The position numbers and the translations under genes were made by a program. From an uncultured delta proteobacterium (GTDB lineage Bacteria; Desulfobacterota; Syntrophobacteria; Syntrophobacterales; Syntrophobacteraceae): a DNA stretch of 57,758 nt. This document shows, one piece after another, positions 22,449-33,130 of this stretch. The stretch covers positions 1-57,758 of the forward strand of contig CAWEHK010000048.1 in NCBI GenBank assembly GCA_963808625.1, read 5' to 3'. Under the pieces are notes generated by a model. That model had not been told where the DNA came from, made no database searches, and worked only from the letters and a program-made list of their open reading frames with translations. Positions within the stretch are counted from its first letter, which is position 1; each line of letters begins with the position of its first letter.

Positions 22449-23189
22449 ATGGACCGTTGCCTGCTTGTTTCGTTGGTTGCCATGCTTTTGTGGGTGCTTG
22501 CAGTGCCGAGCTTCGCCTCCGGTGCCGGCGACGACCCTTATCGCGTGCCGCGCGCCGGGATGGTGAAGGAGATTGAGGGCGACCTGGCACTCACCAGTGA
22601 CCGCCTTGGTAAAAAGGCGCTGAGTCAGTGTGTTCTCGATGCCATGCTCAACGTCCCGCGGCACGAGTTTGTTCCGGAACAATTCAGGCGGTATGCCTAT
22701 GAAAATCACCCGCTGCCCATTGGACAGGGCCAGACCATATCCCAGCCCTATATCGTGGCGGTTATGACCGACCTTCTCGAGGTCGGCAAAGGCAGCGTGG
22801 TATTGGAGGTGGGAACGGGTTCCGGCTATCAGGCTGCGATCCTGGCGTACTGCGTGAAGCAGGTCTATTCGATTGAGATCATTAAGGAACTTGGGGAAGA
22901 GGCAAAAGCGAGACTGCAACGGCTCGGCTATGAAAACGTTGAGGTTCGTGTTGGCGACGGCTACCAGGGATGGAAGGAGCACGCTCCGTTCGATGCGATC
23001 ATCGTCACCGCAGCGGCCAACCACATTCCGCCCCCGCTGATGGAACAACTCAAGCCCGGCGGCCGGATGGTCATCCCGGTTGGTGAACCGCACACGACTC
23101 AGTATCTGACCCTGGTGGAAAAGGATGAGGCGGGGAAGATCACCACAAAACGATTGTTGCCGGTCGCTTTTGTCCCTTTGACGGATTGA
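22449..23189 (+). CDS. pcm: Protein-L-isoaspartate O-methyltransferase
   Basis: VPRHEFVP, LPIGQGQTISQPYIVA, VLEVGTGSGYQAA, APFDAIIVTAA; GAGGAG RBS before ATG 22449. Confidence 0.93.
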   Translation: MDRCLLVSLVAMLLWVLAVPSFASGAGDDPYRVPRAGMVKEIEGDLALTSDRLGKKALSQCVLDAMLNVPRHEFVPEQFRRYAYENHPLPIGQGQTISQPYIVAVMTDLLEVGKGSVVLEVGTGSGYQAAILAYCVKQVYSIEIIKELGEEAKARLQRLGYENVEVRVGDGYQGWKEHAPFDAIIVTAAANHIPPPLMEQLKPGGRMVIPVGEPHTTQYLTLVEKDEAGKITTKRLLPVAFVPLTD

Positions 23190-23562
23190 ATTTGGAATTG
23201 TCCCGGGGAAAGCTCAGAGCGACTCTAAGAAACAGGAAATTAGTGCAAGAAACAGGAAATTAGCTGCTGCCCAGTGGTGACTATAATTCCAAATGAGCCC
23301 CGCAACGTCATTCCCGCATGCTTTTGGCGAAGAGAATCCAGACGAGGACTTCAGGATCCTTACAGGTCTGGACCCCCGCCAGAAACAGCGGGCGGTGACG
23401 CTAGGAAGGACTTTTTGGACACGCGCCGGACTCAAAGCGAGGCGGACGGCGGATGGACAAAGAAAAGGTTTCGCATTTTTACTAGGTCGCCATACAATGT
23501 GAAGGGCGAACGTCGGGATCGATTATCCGGGGAAATGAGGACCGAGGGGTGGAAAGACAAGG

Positions 23563-24645
23563 ATGACAAATAACGAACTAAACATGGTTGCGGTCATCAT
23601 GGCCGGAGGAGCGGGAACCAGGTTTTGGCCGCTGAGCACCGAAGCGAGGCCGAAACAGTTTCTGCAGCTCTTCGACGATCGGAGCCTGCTGCAAAAGAGC
23701 TTCGACCGCATCGCCGACCTGCTGCCGCCGCAGCGGGTCCTGGTTCTTACCAATGCCGCCTACGTTTCCCTGGTCCGGGAACAGCTGCCGGCAGTCCCGG
23801 CGGAAAATATCATCGGCGAGCCCGCACGGCGTGATACGGCAGCGGCGGTGACCCTCGGGGCGGTACTCTGCCGGAAGCGCTACGGCAACCCGGTCATTGT
23901 CACCCTGACCGCCGATCATATGATCGAGCCGGTCGCGCTTTTTCATCGCACGCTGCTCTCTGCCGCACGTTCGGCCCGCCGCAGTGGAGCGCTCTACACC
24001 TTTGGGATTCCGCCCACTTACCCGGCAACCGGTTACGGTTATCTCGAACTCGGCCGCAAGGTGGCACAGGACGACGGTATCGAGCACTTTGAATTGCTCC
24101 GGTTCAAAGAGAAACCCGATCTTGAGACCGCTCGCCGCTACCTGGCTTCGAAGGGCTTCTTCTGGAATTCGGGAATGTTTGTGTGGACCGCCGAGGCCAT
24201 TATCGAGGAACTGGACAGGCACCTTCCCAACCACCTGGAAAGCCTCGCTCGCGCCTGTGAATTCGACGGCACACCGCATTGGCCGGATGCCTTGAAGGCG
24301 GGTTTTGAGTCCCTGGAGGCAATCTCCATCGACTATGCCGTGATGGAGAAAGCGCGGGACGTGCGCTGTGCCGCCTCCACGTTTTTCTGGACGGATGTCG
24401 GGGGGTGGTTGGCTTTGCGGGATTTTCTTCCCGACGATGAGCATGGCAATAGTTGTCGCGGCAAAATCACCACCCTCCAGGCGGGAAACAACGTCGTGTT
24501 TGTTGAAGATCCTGAAGAGGAGGTGATGCTCATCGGGACCAATGATTTGATCATTGTGCGAACCGGAAACAAAACACTGATCGTGCAAAAGGACCATACG
24601 GAACTTGTGAAAGGACTGCTTCAGAAGCGAGAAGACCTCAAGTAG
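23563..24645 (+). CDS. manC: Mannose-1-phosphate guanylyltransferase
   Basis: IMAGGAGTRFWPLS..PKQFL, EPARRDTA, TGYGY, FKEKPD, WNSGMF, SIDYAVMEK. Confidence 0.93.
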   Translation: MTNNELNMVAVIMAGGAGTRFWPLSTEARPKQFLQLFDDRSLLQKSFDRIADLLPPQRVLVLTNAAYVSLVREQLPAVPAENIIGEPARRDTAAAVTLGAVLCRKRYGNPVIVTLTADHMIEPVALFHRTLLSAARSARRSGALYTFGIPPTYPATGYGYLELGRKVAQDDGIEHFELLRFKEKPDLETARRYLASKGFFWNSGMFVWTAEAIIEELDRHLPNHLESLARACEFDGTPHWPDALKAGFESLEAISIDYAVMEKARDVRCAASTFFWTDVGGWLALRDFLPDDEHGNSCRGKITTLQAGNNVVFVEDPEEEVMLIGTNDLIIVRTGNKTLIVQKDHTELVKGLLQKREDLK

Positions 24646-24665
24646 GGAGGTTTCCTCCGGTTCTT

Positions 24666-24956
24666 TTGATGAGGAGCTTGGCTATGAGTGCAGGTGTGGT
24701 TCTTAGATTTCCGAAACCCGGCAGGCTTGGTGATTGCCCCAGGTGCGGCCGCAATGACGGATACCTGAATGTTTACAAGGCGCACTGGTTCATTTGCCGA
24801 CGGCACCGAGTCAAATGGTACGCCGGCTACGACCTGTTTCCCACCTGGCAGAATGAAACGGAAGAAGATTGGAGGCGGAACCTGAGAATCCTCTCGCAAT
24901 ACCAGGAAGTGCGCGCGAAATACCGGAGACTGCGCACCATGGGCGGAGATGATTAA
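24666..24956 (+). CDS. Small hypothetical protein with CxxC and H/C motifs
   Basis: CPRCG..HWFICRRH; RBS GAGGAG precedes the ATG near 24684. Confidence 0.55.
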   Translation: MMRSLAMSAGVVLRFPKPGRLGDCPRCGRNDGYLNVYKAHWFICRRHRVKWYAGYDLFPTWQNETEEDWRRNLRILSQYQEVRAKYRRLRTMGGDD

Positions 24957-25007
24957 GCATAATCCATGGTGGGGGACAGGCGTGAGAGCCTGCCCCGCCC
25001 GTTACAT

Positions 25008-25385
25008 CTATTCAACCTTTTTCAGTTCTTTGCCGCAGGCGCATTTGCCGGGCGCCTGACTGATCGTGTCGCATTTACACCCGGCGCCGCAAGGACAGAC
25101 GTACTTGCCGACCATCGGGAATGCCGTTTCCTTTCCTTTGACCTCGACGTAAGCCTTATCGCCTTCAACCCTGGTGACTTTCGTTTTCACCAGGTCGTTG
25201 TTGCAAGTGCACTTGCCGGGGCTTCGGGAGAGGGTCAAGCACGGGCAGCTTTCGCCACAGCCGCAAACATAGACTTCATCCCCTGCCTTGAGATCGATTT
25301 TGCCTCCTTTGAGTTCGGCAAAACCGATCGCCACGAAAGCCAACGCAAAAACAACGACCAGACCAGCGAACAGTGCTCTCTTCAT
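25008..25385 (-). CDS. Secreted cysteine-rich putative metal-binding protein
   Basis: Signal peptide MKRALFAG..GFA; two repeats of YVCxCxxxCxC..PGKCxC. Confidence 0.75.
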   Translation of the reverse strand: MKRALFAGLVVVFALAFVAIGFAELKGGKIDLKAGDEVYVCGCGESCPCLTLSRSPGKCTCNNDLVKTKVTRVEGDKAYVEVKGKETAFPMVGKYVCPCGAGCKCDTISQAPGKCACGKELKKVE

Positions 25386-25694
25386 GTTCTTCTCCTTTCT
25401 CTTTCTCAAACCGGTTAACCTCAGGCCATATATTACCATGCATATCGAAACAGGCCCCCGTTGCGGGAGATTTCCTTGGAGCCCATTTCAAACCACGAAA
25501 GACAATGATTAGAATTCAAAAGAAAATCCTAAAGGTTACCCAAGGGATCATCATTCATCAGTTTGGGAGTAGTCGTTACCGGGAAAGCTCACCTTGTGCT
25601 GCTGTAACAACGCCTATTCCGCTCGGTCCGAGGCTCGGCATCGGCATAGTGAAATTTTGGACATCAACAAGCAAACCCTCACCAGCCAGGCCCC

Positions 25695-26084
25695 TCATTT
25701 TTGCGCTTGTGTCCGCGCCGCAAGCGCCTCCGATACCGCCTTCCGGACTGCGCTCAGAGCAAACGGTTTTTCCAAAAAAGCAGTGACTCCAAGCTGCGCT
25801 ACCTCGTGGAACTTCTCGCGAGTCGAGTGGGCGGTAATGACGATGATACTTATGTCCGGTTGGTGGCCCTTGATTCTTCGCGCCACCTCCATCCCATCCA
25901 TGTCCGGAAGGCAGAGGTCAACAATCAAAACGGCGTAATCCACCGTGTATCCCAGCCGGACTCCGCTATGACCATCCCCGGCACCGTCCACGGCAACCTC
26001 TTGCGATGCCAGTCCCAACGCAAGGGCTTCACAAACTGAGGATTCGTCATCAACCACGAGGATTCGAGTCGCCTGTTCACCCAT
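25695..26084 (-). CDS. Single-domain response regulator receiver
   Basis: ILVVDDE, IVDLCLPDMDG, ITAH, EKPF; GGAGG RBS. Confidence 0.88.
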   Translation of the reverse strand: MGEQATRILVVDDESSVCEALALGLASQEVAVDGAGDGHSGVRLGYTVDYAVLIVDLCLPDMDGMEVARRIKGHQPDISIIVITAHSTREKFHEVAQLGVTAFLEKPFALSAVRKAVSEALAARTQAQK

Positions 26085-26127
26085 TTCGCCTCCCTGTGTC
26101 CGCTGTGTTCTGCACATAGACGATGTT

Positions 26128-26145
26128 AAGCATGAATTATGCCAG
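26128..26145 (-). promoter_or_regulatory. Putative sigma54 (-24/-12) promoter
   Basis: Minus strand cTGGCATAATTCATGCtt = GG-N10-GC, about 45 bp upstream of the receiver gene and next to an NtrC-type gene. Confidence 0.6.
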
Positions 26146-26584
26146 GTCTTCCCGGACTCCTGCCCGTCCAATAAATAGCATTAATTTCAAATAGTTAGAA
26201 ACGTGCAATAAAAACCTGGCAAGCAACCAAAAGAATCTCTTGATTGTGCGTTTGAGAATATTGTGAGATGACAATCCAAATATTCCACCGCACTCCGGGT
26301 TGACCGCCGGAATTCAAGGGCTGGCGCACCTTCGCCGCGATGACAATATTCTCATCGCAGTCTCCAGCAGTTTCACCGGCCCTTACGGCCATCCTGCCGG
26401 TCACTGATTCCGGTGGGTGGGACTTTCTGCGAAGCAGTGCGCGCAGGATCAACCAAGGCGTATGCAGAACTCCATAAAGACAGCCCTTCCTGCGGAAGCA
26501 TAAAGCGCGTCCCCTTTGGCGGGAGCGATTTTGGGTCAGGGACGGAATGATTCGGCATGGAGCCGGAAAGGGCTCGTGATCGGA

Positions 26585-27949
26585 TCAGCTGATCTTCAAG
26601 TCATACTTCTTAATCCGGTATCTCATCTTATGGGCCGGCATGTTGAGGAGCCGTGCGGCTTCCAGCACGTTCCCACCGGTCTTGTCGAGGGCTTCTCGCA
26701 TGAGCCTTATGATGACGTCTTCATAGCCGGGCGTGCCCCCGGCAGGGCCCGGTTCCGACGGGACCGTGGTCTCCATGTCTGCCCGATGGAATGGCAGATG
26801 GTTTGGCAGGATGGTCGTCCCGCTTTCGAGCAGAATGATTCTTTCCACGGCATTGCGAAGCTCGCGCACGTTTCCCGGCCAGGAATAATCCAGCAGGGCC
26901 TTCCTGGCCTCCGGCGAAACCTTGGTAAAATTCCTGCCGTATTTCCGATTGAAGTGGCTGATGAAATATTCCGTAAGAGGCATGATGTCCATGACTCTCT
27001 CACGGAGCGGAGGAACGACGATGCGCACGACATTCAGCCGGAAAAAGAGGTCTCTTCGAAATACGCCCGCTTCCACGGACTTTTCCAGGTCACTATTGGT
27101 GGCGGAAATTATTCTTGCCGAAACACGGTGCGGTTTGGTCCCCCCCACCCGGTAGAACACCCGATCGTCGAGGACCCCAAGCAGTTTTGACTGATCTGCG
27201 AGGGACAGGGTGCCGATTTCGTCAAGGAACAGCGTGCCGCTCGCAGCATCTTCGAAACGGCCGATCCGGCCCTCGCTCTTGGCGCCGGTAAATGCCCCCC
27301 GCTCATACCCGAACAGCTCGCTCTCAAAAAGCTCATGGGGAATGGCCGAGCAGTTGACCTGGACGAAAGGGCCTGGAAACTCCGTGAAGCTATAATGAAT
27401 GGTGCGGGCTAAAACCCCCTTTCCCGATCCGGTCTCGCCCAAAATTAGAATGGGCGTCTCGATACTGCCCGTCACCTTCTGTGCGATCTCTGTCATAGCT
27501 TTAATCTGGGGGCTACTGCCAATCATATCAAACCGGTATCGTTCTACATTCGGCTTTTGAATCCGCCGGATCTTCTCCTTCAGAAGCTTGGTCTCCAGAG
27601 CGTTCTGCAGAGTGACTCTCAATTCCTGGGCATCGATAGGCTTGATCAGATAATCATAGGCCCCGAGTTTTAGCGCTTTGACGACCGTTCTGGTGTCTTC
27701 AACGGCGGTAATCATGATGACGACGATTTCCGGATAAGCGCTCTTCAGCTGCGCAAGCAAATCCATGCCGTTCACGTCCGGCAGTCCGATGTCGAGCAGG
27801 AGCAACTCGGGCTCGGTTTCGTGCAAGAGGCTCAGAGCCTGAGCGCCATGGTCTGCGGTCAGGACGTCACAGTCCCCCTCCAGCGCCAGGCGAAGCCCAG
27901 TCAAAATACTCTTGTCATCGTCAACAACAAGTACGGTACTCTTTGGCAC
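26585..27949 (-). CDS. Sigma54-dependent NtrC-family response regulator
   Basis: Receiver domain, [36 protein letters not shown], Fis-type HTH; probable GTG start after AGGAG. Confidence 0.95.
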   Translation of the reverse strand: MPKSTVLVVDDDKSILTGLRLALEGDCDVLTADHGAQALSLLHETEPELLLLDIGLPDVNGMDLLAQLKSAYPEIVVIMITAVEDTRTVVKALKLGAYDYLIKPIDAQELRVTLQNALETKLLKEKIRRIQKPNVERYRFDMIGSSPQIKAMTEIAQKVTGSIETPILILGETGSGKGVLARTIHYSFTEFPGPFVQVNCSAIPHELFESELFGYERGAFTGAKSEGRIGRFEDAASGTLFLDEIGTLSLADQSKLLGVLDDRVFYRVGGTKPHRVSARIISATNSDLEKSVEAGVFRRDLFFRLNVVRIVVPPLRERVMDIMPLTEYFISHFNRKYGRNFTKVSPEARKALLDYSWPGNVRELRNAVERIILLESGTTILPNHLPFHRADMETTVPSEPGPAGGTPGYEDVIIRLMREALDKTGGNVLEAARLLNMPAHKMRYRIKKYDLKIS

Positions 27950-28342
27950 TCCAATCTCCTGATTTTCCGTAAGGGCGCTCCTCGTGTCGCCGGAATCGGT
28001 GTCCTCCGCGATCGCTCCCAGGCATGGCAATACCCGATAGAGTGTCCTACACCGAAACCATCATTCCAGTGCTCGCGGAAATCCAGAAAATGACCGGACG
28101 CACGCTTCAGTGGGAATGATGACGGGAATTCGGACGCTCATTTAGGCACAACGCCCCTTAAAATACCTTAGAATTGACTGAATATACAATGTCATTCCCG
28201 GCGGACGCGGGCTGAGGGTATTATTCCTTTCAAATACATCCGTAACGCTCTGCTCAGCGCGGGGTTGGGGCACTTCAGATGGCTCACTGGGAGCGGAATC
28301 GCTTCAGGCTCGGGCGATGCCTGTGAACAGCGCACCGATCTC

Positions 28343-29494
28343 TCAGGGTGGCAGGGTGACCGTCACCGAAAGGTCTCGATTGTTTCGACGGAGGATGAGC
28401 TCATGGACCGTCTTGATCGAGAAGGCCCTGTGCACATCCATGAGGTTGAAAACGGGGGCGCCGTCGACCATCTTGAGGATATCGCCTGCTTTGAGTCCCG
28501 CTTTGGCAGCCGGGCTGTCCGGCAGCACTTCGAGGACCCTGAGCCCCCCTTTCGACGGCAACACGCGGAACAAAGCCCCCAGCCGCACCCGATGAACCGG
28601 TTCAGACCTGTTGGTGATCCAGACAAAATCGGCAATCCGAGGATCGTCCGTCCGTCCGAAGTAATCCAAAGGAATGGGCGCAATCGTCCGGTATGGGGCC
28701 TTCACTCGTTCATCGGCCAATTTGGGAACACCCACGCGATCACTGATATGACCCTTGCCGATGAGGACGACGATCCGCTCTTCCGGTGCACCTGAAGTAA
28801 GAGTCCGCGCCAGCGTTTCCGCCATGGTCTCTTCCCAGGCGAGCTGGGCTTCGAGGAAGGCACTGAAGTCTGCAATGTTGCCTTTGAGGTGTTGGCCGTA
28901 TTGTTGGCGAAGGTATTCCCGATGTTCCGGATCATTCACATGGAAGTCCTCCGCCACGCGCTTCCGCTCGGCAACAGTGAGCCCTGCCAGGCCGAATTGG
29001 GCGATCTTGCCGACGATTTCACGGGGAGCGTTGAGGCCGACAATCTTGAGGTGGTGGTCTCGGGCCCAGGTGAGGAGGCCGCGATAGAGGGGGAAGGGAT
29101 AACCCCACTCCTGGTCCCACTTGACCTCCTGAAGGAATTCCTCTTCCGTGATCAGGCCCCTCGCAAATTGATCCAGAAGCGGTTGCGCCTCTCGGGGAAA
29201 CATTTCCAGGGCGAGGACCAGCGACGGATTTTGCGCGTACAGGCCCTTCATCACTTGCAGCTGTACTCGATGGTCTTCGGTACTGTCGTGAGTTTCCCCC
29301 ACGTAAATGATCCTGTCCTGGGCGAGCTCCGTCATGAGGGTGTCCGGCGCAATGACCTTTCCCGAAGCGGTTTCGATGATGTCACCCACTCTCAGTCCCC
29401 CTGAGAGCCCCCCGAGATCCGGGTGACGGTGAACACCGCTAGCCGCACAGGCTGCCTGCATGGTCAGGACGATGCCTAACAGGATTGATTTCAA
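28343..29494 (-). CDS. ChaN-family lipoprotein with C-terminal PDZ domain
   Basis: Lipobox QAAC, YVGETHD..H, ALEMF, AQLAWEETMA, GKGH; PDZ VLPDSPAAKAGLKAGDIL. Confidence 0.8.
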   Translation of the reverse strand: MKSILLGIVLTMQAACAASGVHRHPDLGGLSGGLRVGDIIETASGKVIAPDTLMTELAQDRIIYVGETHDSTEDHRVQLQVMKGLYAQNPSLVLALEMFPREAQPLLDQFARGLITEEEFLQEVKWDQEWGYPFPLYRGLLTWARDHHLKIVGLNAPREIVGKIAQFGLAGLTVAERKRVAEDFHVNDPEHREYLRQQYGQHLKGNIADFSAFLEAQLAWEETMAETLARTLTSGAPEERIVVLIGKGHISDRVGVPKLADERVKAPYRTIAPIPLDYFGRTDDPRIADFVWITNRSEPVHRVRLGALFRVLPSKGGLRVLEVLPDSPAAKAGLKAGDILKMVDGAPVFNLMDVHRAFSIKTVHELILRRNNRDLSVTVTLPP

Positions 29495-29519
29495 GGCTTG
29501 TGCTGCATGATTCCTGGTC

Positions 29520-30617
29520 CTATGGGTTACAATGCTCTGCCTGCAAGAGTCTAATCAACTTGCGATTGGCCGCCGGGAAGGCATAACCGTCCAATTCTGC
29601 CGGGGTGACCCAGCGTCCATCCACGGCTGAGCGGAGCACGGGTTGCTGGCCGGTACCGTCGAGTCGGCAGGTGAAGGCGTGAAGGGTAACCCGGAATCGG
29701 GTGTAGTTGTGCCGGATCACCGCGAGTTCCCGCACACTGCTGATTTTCAGCTCCAACTCCTCCCGAAATTCGCGCACGAGGGCTTCTACAGTAGTCTCCC
29801 CGTGGTCCACCTTGCCCCCGGGGAATTCCCACAGATGCGGCATAAGTCCCGAAGGCGAGCGCTTCTGGATGAAGATCTTTCCCTGATGGACCAGGATGCC
29901 GACGGCAGTGTGAATGGGCACGATATCCCGCACCTTGTGCACGACCGGTCTCGAGTTGACCACACCGGCCTCCAATCCCCGGCAAAGGGTGGAGAGCGGG
30001 CATTCCGAACAGGTGGGGCGGGTCGGCGTGCAGACCAGTGCGCCGAGGTCCATGAGGGCCTGGTTGAAGCTCCTCGCTTTGCTCTTTGGCAGGAGGCGCT
30101 CGGCCATGTTCCACAGAGTCCTCTGGCTGTCTCTGTCCTGAATAGGTGCGGCAAGGTCAAAGAGCCGGGAAAGAATCCTCGCTACGTTTCCATCCACTGC
30201 CGCATGGGGGTCGTTGAAAGCAATGCTCATGATCGCGCCTGCGGTGTAGCGGCCGATTCCGGGAAGACTCAGGAGCACGCTGTAATTTCGTGGAAATTCG
30301 GCGCGAAAGTCCCTTACGAGGATGTGGGCCGTCCGATGGATATTCCTGGCACGCGAGTAGTATCCCAGCCCTTCCCAATACTTGAGAAGAGCTTCCTCCG
30401 GGGCGCGGACGATCCCCTGTAAATCAGGAAAGCGTTCCATCCAGCGGTGGTAATAGGGAAGCATGGTCTTCACCTGCGTTTGTTGGAGCATGATTTCGGA
30501 AATCCAAATTTCATAGGGGGTGTAGCGCAATCTCCACGGGAGGTTGCGCGCGTGTGTTTCGAACCAGTCGAGCAGGCTCGTCCGAATTCCCTGAAATCTT
30601 TTCTCTACCATGGTCAA
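29520..30617 (-). CDS. mutY: A/G-specific adenine glycosylase MutY with C-terminal Nudix (MutT-like) domain
   Basis: SEIMLQQTQV, WEGLGYYSRARN, LPGIGRYTA, VDGNV, Fe-S CxxxxxxCxxCxxxxxC; WEFPGGK..REFREE. Confidence 0.95.
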   Translation of the reverse strand: MTMVEKRFQGIRTSLLDWFETHARNLPWRLRYTPYEIWISEIMLQQTQVKTMLPYYHRWMERFPDLQGIVRAPEEALLKYWEGLGYYSRARNIHRTAHILVRDFRAEFPRNYSVLLSLPGIGRYTAGAIMSIAFNDPHAAVDGNVARILSRLFDLAAPIQDRDSQRTLWNMAERLLPKSKARSFNQALMDLGALVCTPTRPTCSECPLSTLCRGLEAGVVNSRPVVHKVRDIVPIHTAVGILVHQGKIFIQKRSPSGLMPHLWEFPGGKVDHGETTVEALVREFREELELKISSVRELAVIRHNYTRFRVTLHAFTCRLDGTGQQPVLRSAVDGRWVTPAELDGYAFPAANRKLIRLLQAEHCNP

Positions 30618-30938
30618 GCGAGGCTCGCTTAAAATTAAAGGGGCACGGTCAATGGACGCAAGACCTTTCCACTATACTTTGCAGCGCTTCCTACTCAAGT
30701 AATAAATTAGTCATTGCTGGTCTTTATGCATGAGGTTTCAAACGGCGGGAAACATTTCCTTTGAAAGAAGATGACACTCTTTCGACGGCATCGCACACCA
30801 TTTCCTGGAAAATCGAAGGAAATTGTAGTAGCCATGCTTGGACGGCGGATATTTCGGCCGCTAAAATTTGATCTGGAAAGGTGCGTGGAAGAAGCTCTCA
30901 GAGTCTTTTAACACGACGTTGTCCAATCAGGGGGAACG

Positions 30939-31760
30939 ATGCAGCCTTTGGCGATAGAGGTGAAAGACGTTTGGTTTTCCTATGACGGCCAGCCCGTCCT
31001 GCGGGCCGTGAATCTTTGCATCGAGCAGGGGGAGTTTCTGGCGATTCTTGGTCCCAATGGGAGCGGCAAGACCACGCTGCTGAAACTCATGCTGGGGATT
31101 GTTAAACCCAGCAAGGGGACCGTCCGGGTCCTCGGGCAGGAACCTTCAAGCGTTGCCGACCGGATTGGGTATGTGCCGCAGGATACCAATGTCAACAAGG
31201 ATTTTCCCATATCGGTGATGGATGTGGCCCTGATGGGAAGGCTCGGGCATGCCGGGCGTTCCCGCCGTTACTCCGCAGACGATCAAAGACTGGCAAAAGA
31301 GGCCCTGGAAAAGGTTAACATGTGGGAATACCGGAAGCGTCCCATCGGCAAACTCTCGGGCGGGCAGCGCCAGCGGGTGTTTATCGCCAGGGCCCTGGCG
31401 GCCGATCCCCAAATCCTCTTCATGGATGAGCCAACTGCCAGTGTTGACAAGGAATTTCAATCGGAACTCTATGATTTCCTGAAAGAACTCAATACCTCCG
31501 CAACCGTGGTGGTCGTCAGCCACGATCTCAGTGTGTTGTCCAGCTACGTCAAGTCGGTCGCCTGCTTGAATCAAACCCTCTATTTTCATGACTCGGCGGA
31601 GATCACGCAAGAGATGATCGATATGGCCTATCACTGCCCCGTGGACCTCATTGCCCATGGCCTCCCCCATCGGGTACTGCGCAAGCACGAGGAGCGATTG
31701 AGATATTCGGATGTTGGATGTCGGATGTCGGATTTCGGGTGGCGGATTCTGGAAGCCTGA
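30939..31760 (+). CDS. znuC: Zn/Mn ABC transporter ATP-binding subunit
   Basis: GPNGSGKT, YVPQ, LSGGQRQR, MDEP, VSHD, His-containing tail; the 3' end runs into a repeat tract. Confidence 0.88.
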   Translation: MQPLAIEVKDVWFSYDGQPVLRAVNLCIEQGEFLAILGPNGSGKTTLLKLMLGIVKPSKGTVRVLGQEPSSVADRIGYVPQDTNVNKDFPISVMDVALMGRLGHAGRSRRYSADDQRLAKEALEKVNMWEYRKRPIGKLSGGQRQRVFIARALAADPQILFMDEPTASVDKEFQSELYDFLKELNTSATVVVVSHDLSVLSSYVKSVACLNQTLYFHDSAEITQEMIDMAYHCPVDLIAHGLPHRVLRKHEERLRYSDVGCRMSDFGWRILEA

Positions 31761-31960
31761 TATGGGATATCGGATTACGGGACCGTGTTATCAATTCGTG
31801 TGTCTTTGTTAATCTTCGTGTGACTTCGTGGACAGCTTTCGGGAGATGTCGGATTTCGGATTGTGGATGTCGGATATGGGATACCGGATTCGGGGTCAGG
31901 TTGCTGGATATTAAACTGCATTCGTGTGTCTTCGTTTTTTCTTCGTGTGACTTCGTGGAC
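31703..31960. repeat. CGGATGT/CGGATTT heptamer tracts with TTCGTGTGACTTCGTGGAC motifs
   Basis: Two similar units between znuC and znuB; inverse copies at 35221-35240 and 35903-36020. Confidence 0.8.
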
Positions 31961-31983
31961 CGTTTTTTGCCGGGAATATTGAA

Positions 31984-32817
31984 ATGATCGACGCACTGCA
32001 CTTCGAGTTCATGCGCAATGCCATCCTCGCCGGTCTTTTGACCAGTATCGCCTGCGGGATTATCGGAACGCTGGTGGTGGTCAATCGTATCGTGTTCATT
32101 TCCGGGGGGATTGCCCATGCGGCGTATGGCGGAGTCGGGTTGGCCTTTTTCCTGGGGATCTCTCCTTTGCTTGGGGCGGCCGGGTTTTCGCTGCTGATTT
32201 CGGCAATCATGGCAATGGTTACCTTGAAAAATAAGCAGCGCGCCGACACGATCATTGGCGTCCTGTGGGCGGTTGGCATGGCGCTGGGTATCATCCTGAT
32301 CGACCTCTCAGCGGGGTACAATGTGGATTTGATGAGCTATCTCTTCGGGAGCATCCTCGCCGTTCCCGGTTCTGACCTGTTGCTGATGCTCGCCGTGGAC
32401 GTCGTCGTGCTGGTGGTCGTGGCCCGCTTCTACAACAGTTTCCTGGCAATGTCTTTTGACGAGGAATTTGCACTGGCGTCGGGAGTCCCCGTTAAGACCC
32501 TGTATTTCGTGCTGCTGGCAATGATGGCCTTGGTCGTCGTGATGGTCATCCGCGTGGTGGGACTGATTCTTGTTATCGCGTTGCTCACCATTCCGCCCTA
32601 TATCGCGGAACGCTATTCGCACACGCTGCGAGGCATGATGGTGTTGTCGGTAATCTTGAGTGCGGTTTTCAGCCTCGTCGGTCTGTGGCTTTCCTTCCTC
32701 TTCAACCTCACCTCCGGAGCTACCATCATCATGGTGGCTGCCTTTTTCTTCTTTGTTTCGCTGGGGGTGGAACGGATCCGCAGCAAGCCCGGCCGGGGCT
32801 CACCCGCCGGGGCGTGA
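31984..32817 (+). CDS. znuB: Zn/Mn ABC transporter permease
   Basis: GGIAHAAYGG, YLFGSIL, SFDEEFA, VGLILVIALLTIP; multiple TM helices. Confidence 0.9.
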   Translation: MIDALHFEFMRNAILAGLLTSIACGIIGTLVVVNRIVFISGGIAHAAYGGVGLAFFLGISPLLGAAGFSLLISAIMAMVTLKNKQRADTIIGVLWAVGMALGIILIDLSAGYNVDLMSYLFGSILAVPGSDLLLMLAVDVVVLVVVARFYNSFLAMSFDEEFALASGVPVKTLYFVLLAMMALVVVMVIRVVGLILVIALLTIPPYIAERYSHTLRGMMVLSVILSAVFSLVGLWLSFLFNLTSGATIIMVAAFFFFVSLGVERIRSKPGRGSPAGA

Positions 32818-33130
32818 GAGTTTCCCGGCAAAGATGCTGATCCTTGCTTTTAGGTCTCGGAAGAGCTGTAATTCTCAAATCCAACCGGATTCCCGCTCTG
32901 CCCACTTTTCCTCTCTGTCCACTTGCTAAAACATCTAAGATGTTATAGAAAGGTACACAATTTTAAATAGGTTGACAGAGGCCAAGCATAAAAAATGTGC
33001 ATACATAAATCGCTTAAGGCGGTAACGGGTTTTTTGTCCGAAGCCGCTACGAAACTTTTGTTCCTCTCAGTCTGAGCGTCTTTGACTGAACGGGTCTGGG
33101 AATTCAAACACATCGGATTTGGTAGACAAA

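Noticed and set aside
23227..23263. 17-bp direct repeat aagaaacaggaaattag
   Set aside because: A local duplication inside a MITE-like element, with no evidence of function.
32940..33130. Riboswitch upstream of shc
   Set aside because: No known aptamer consensus recognised.
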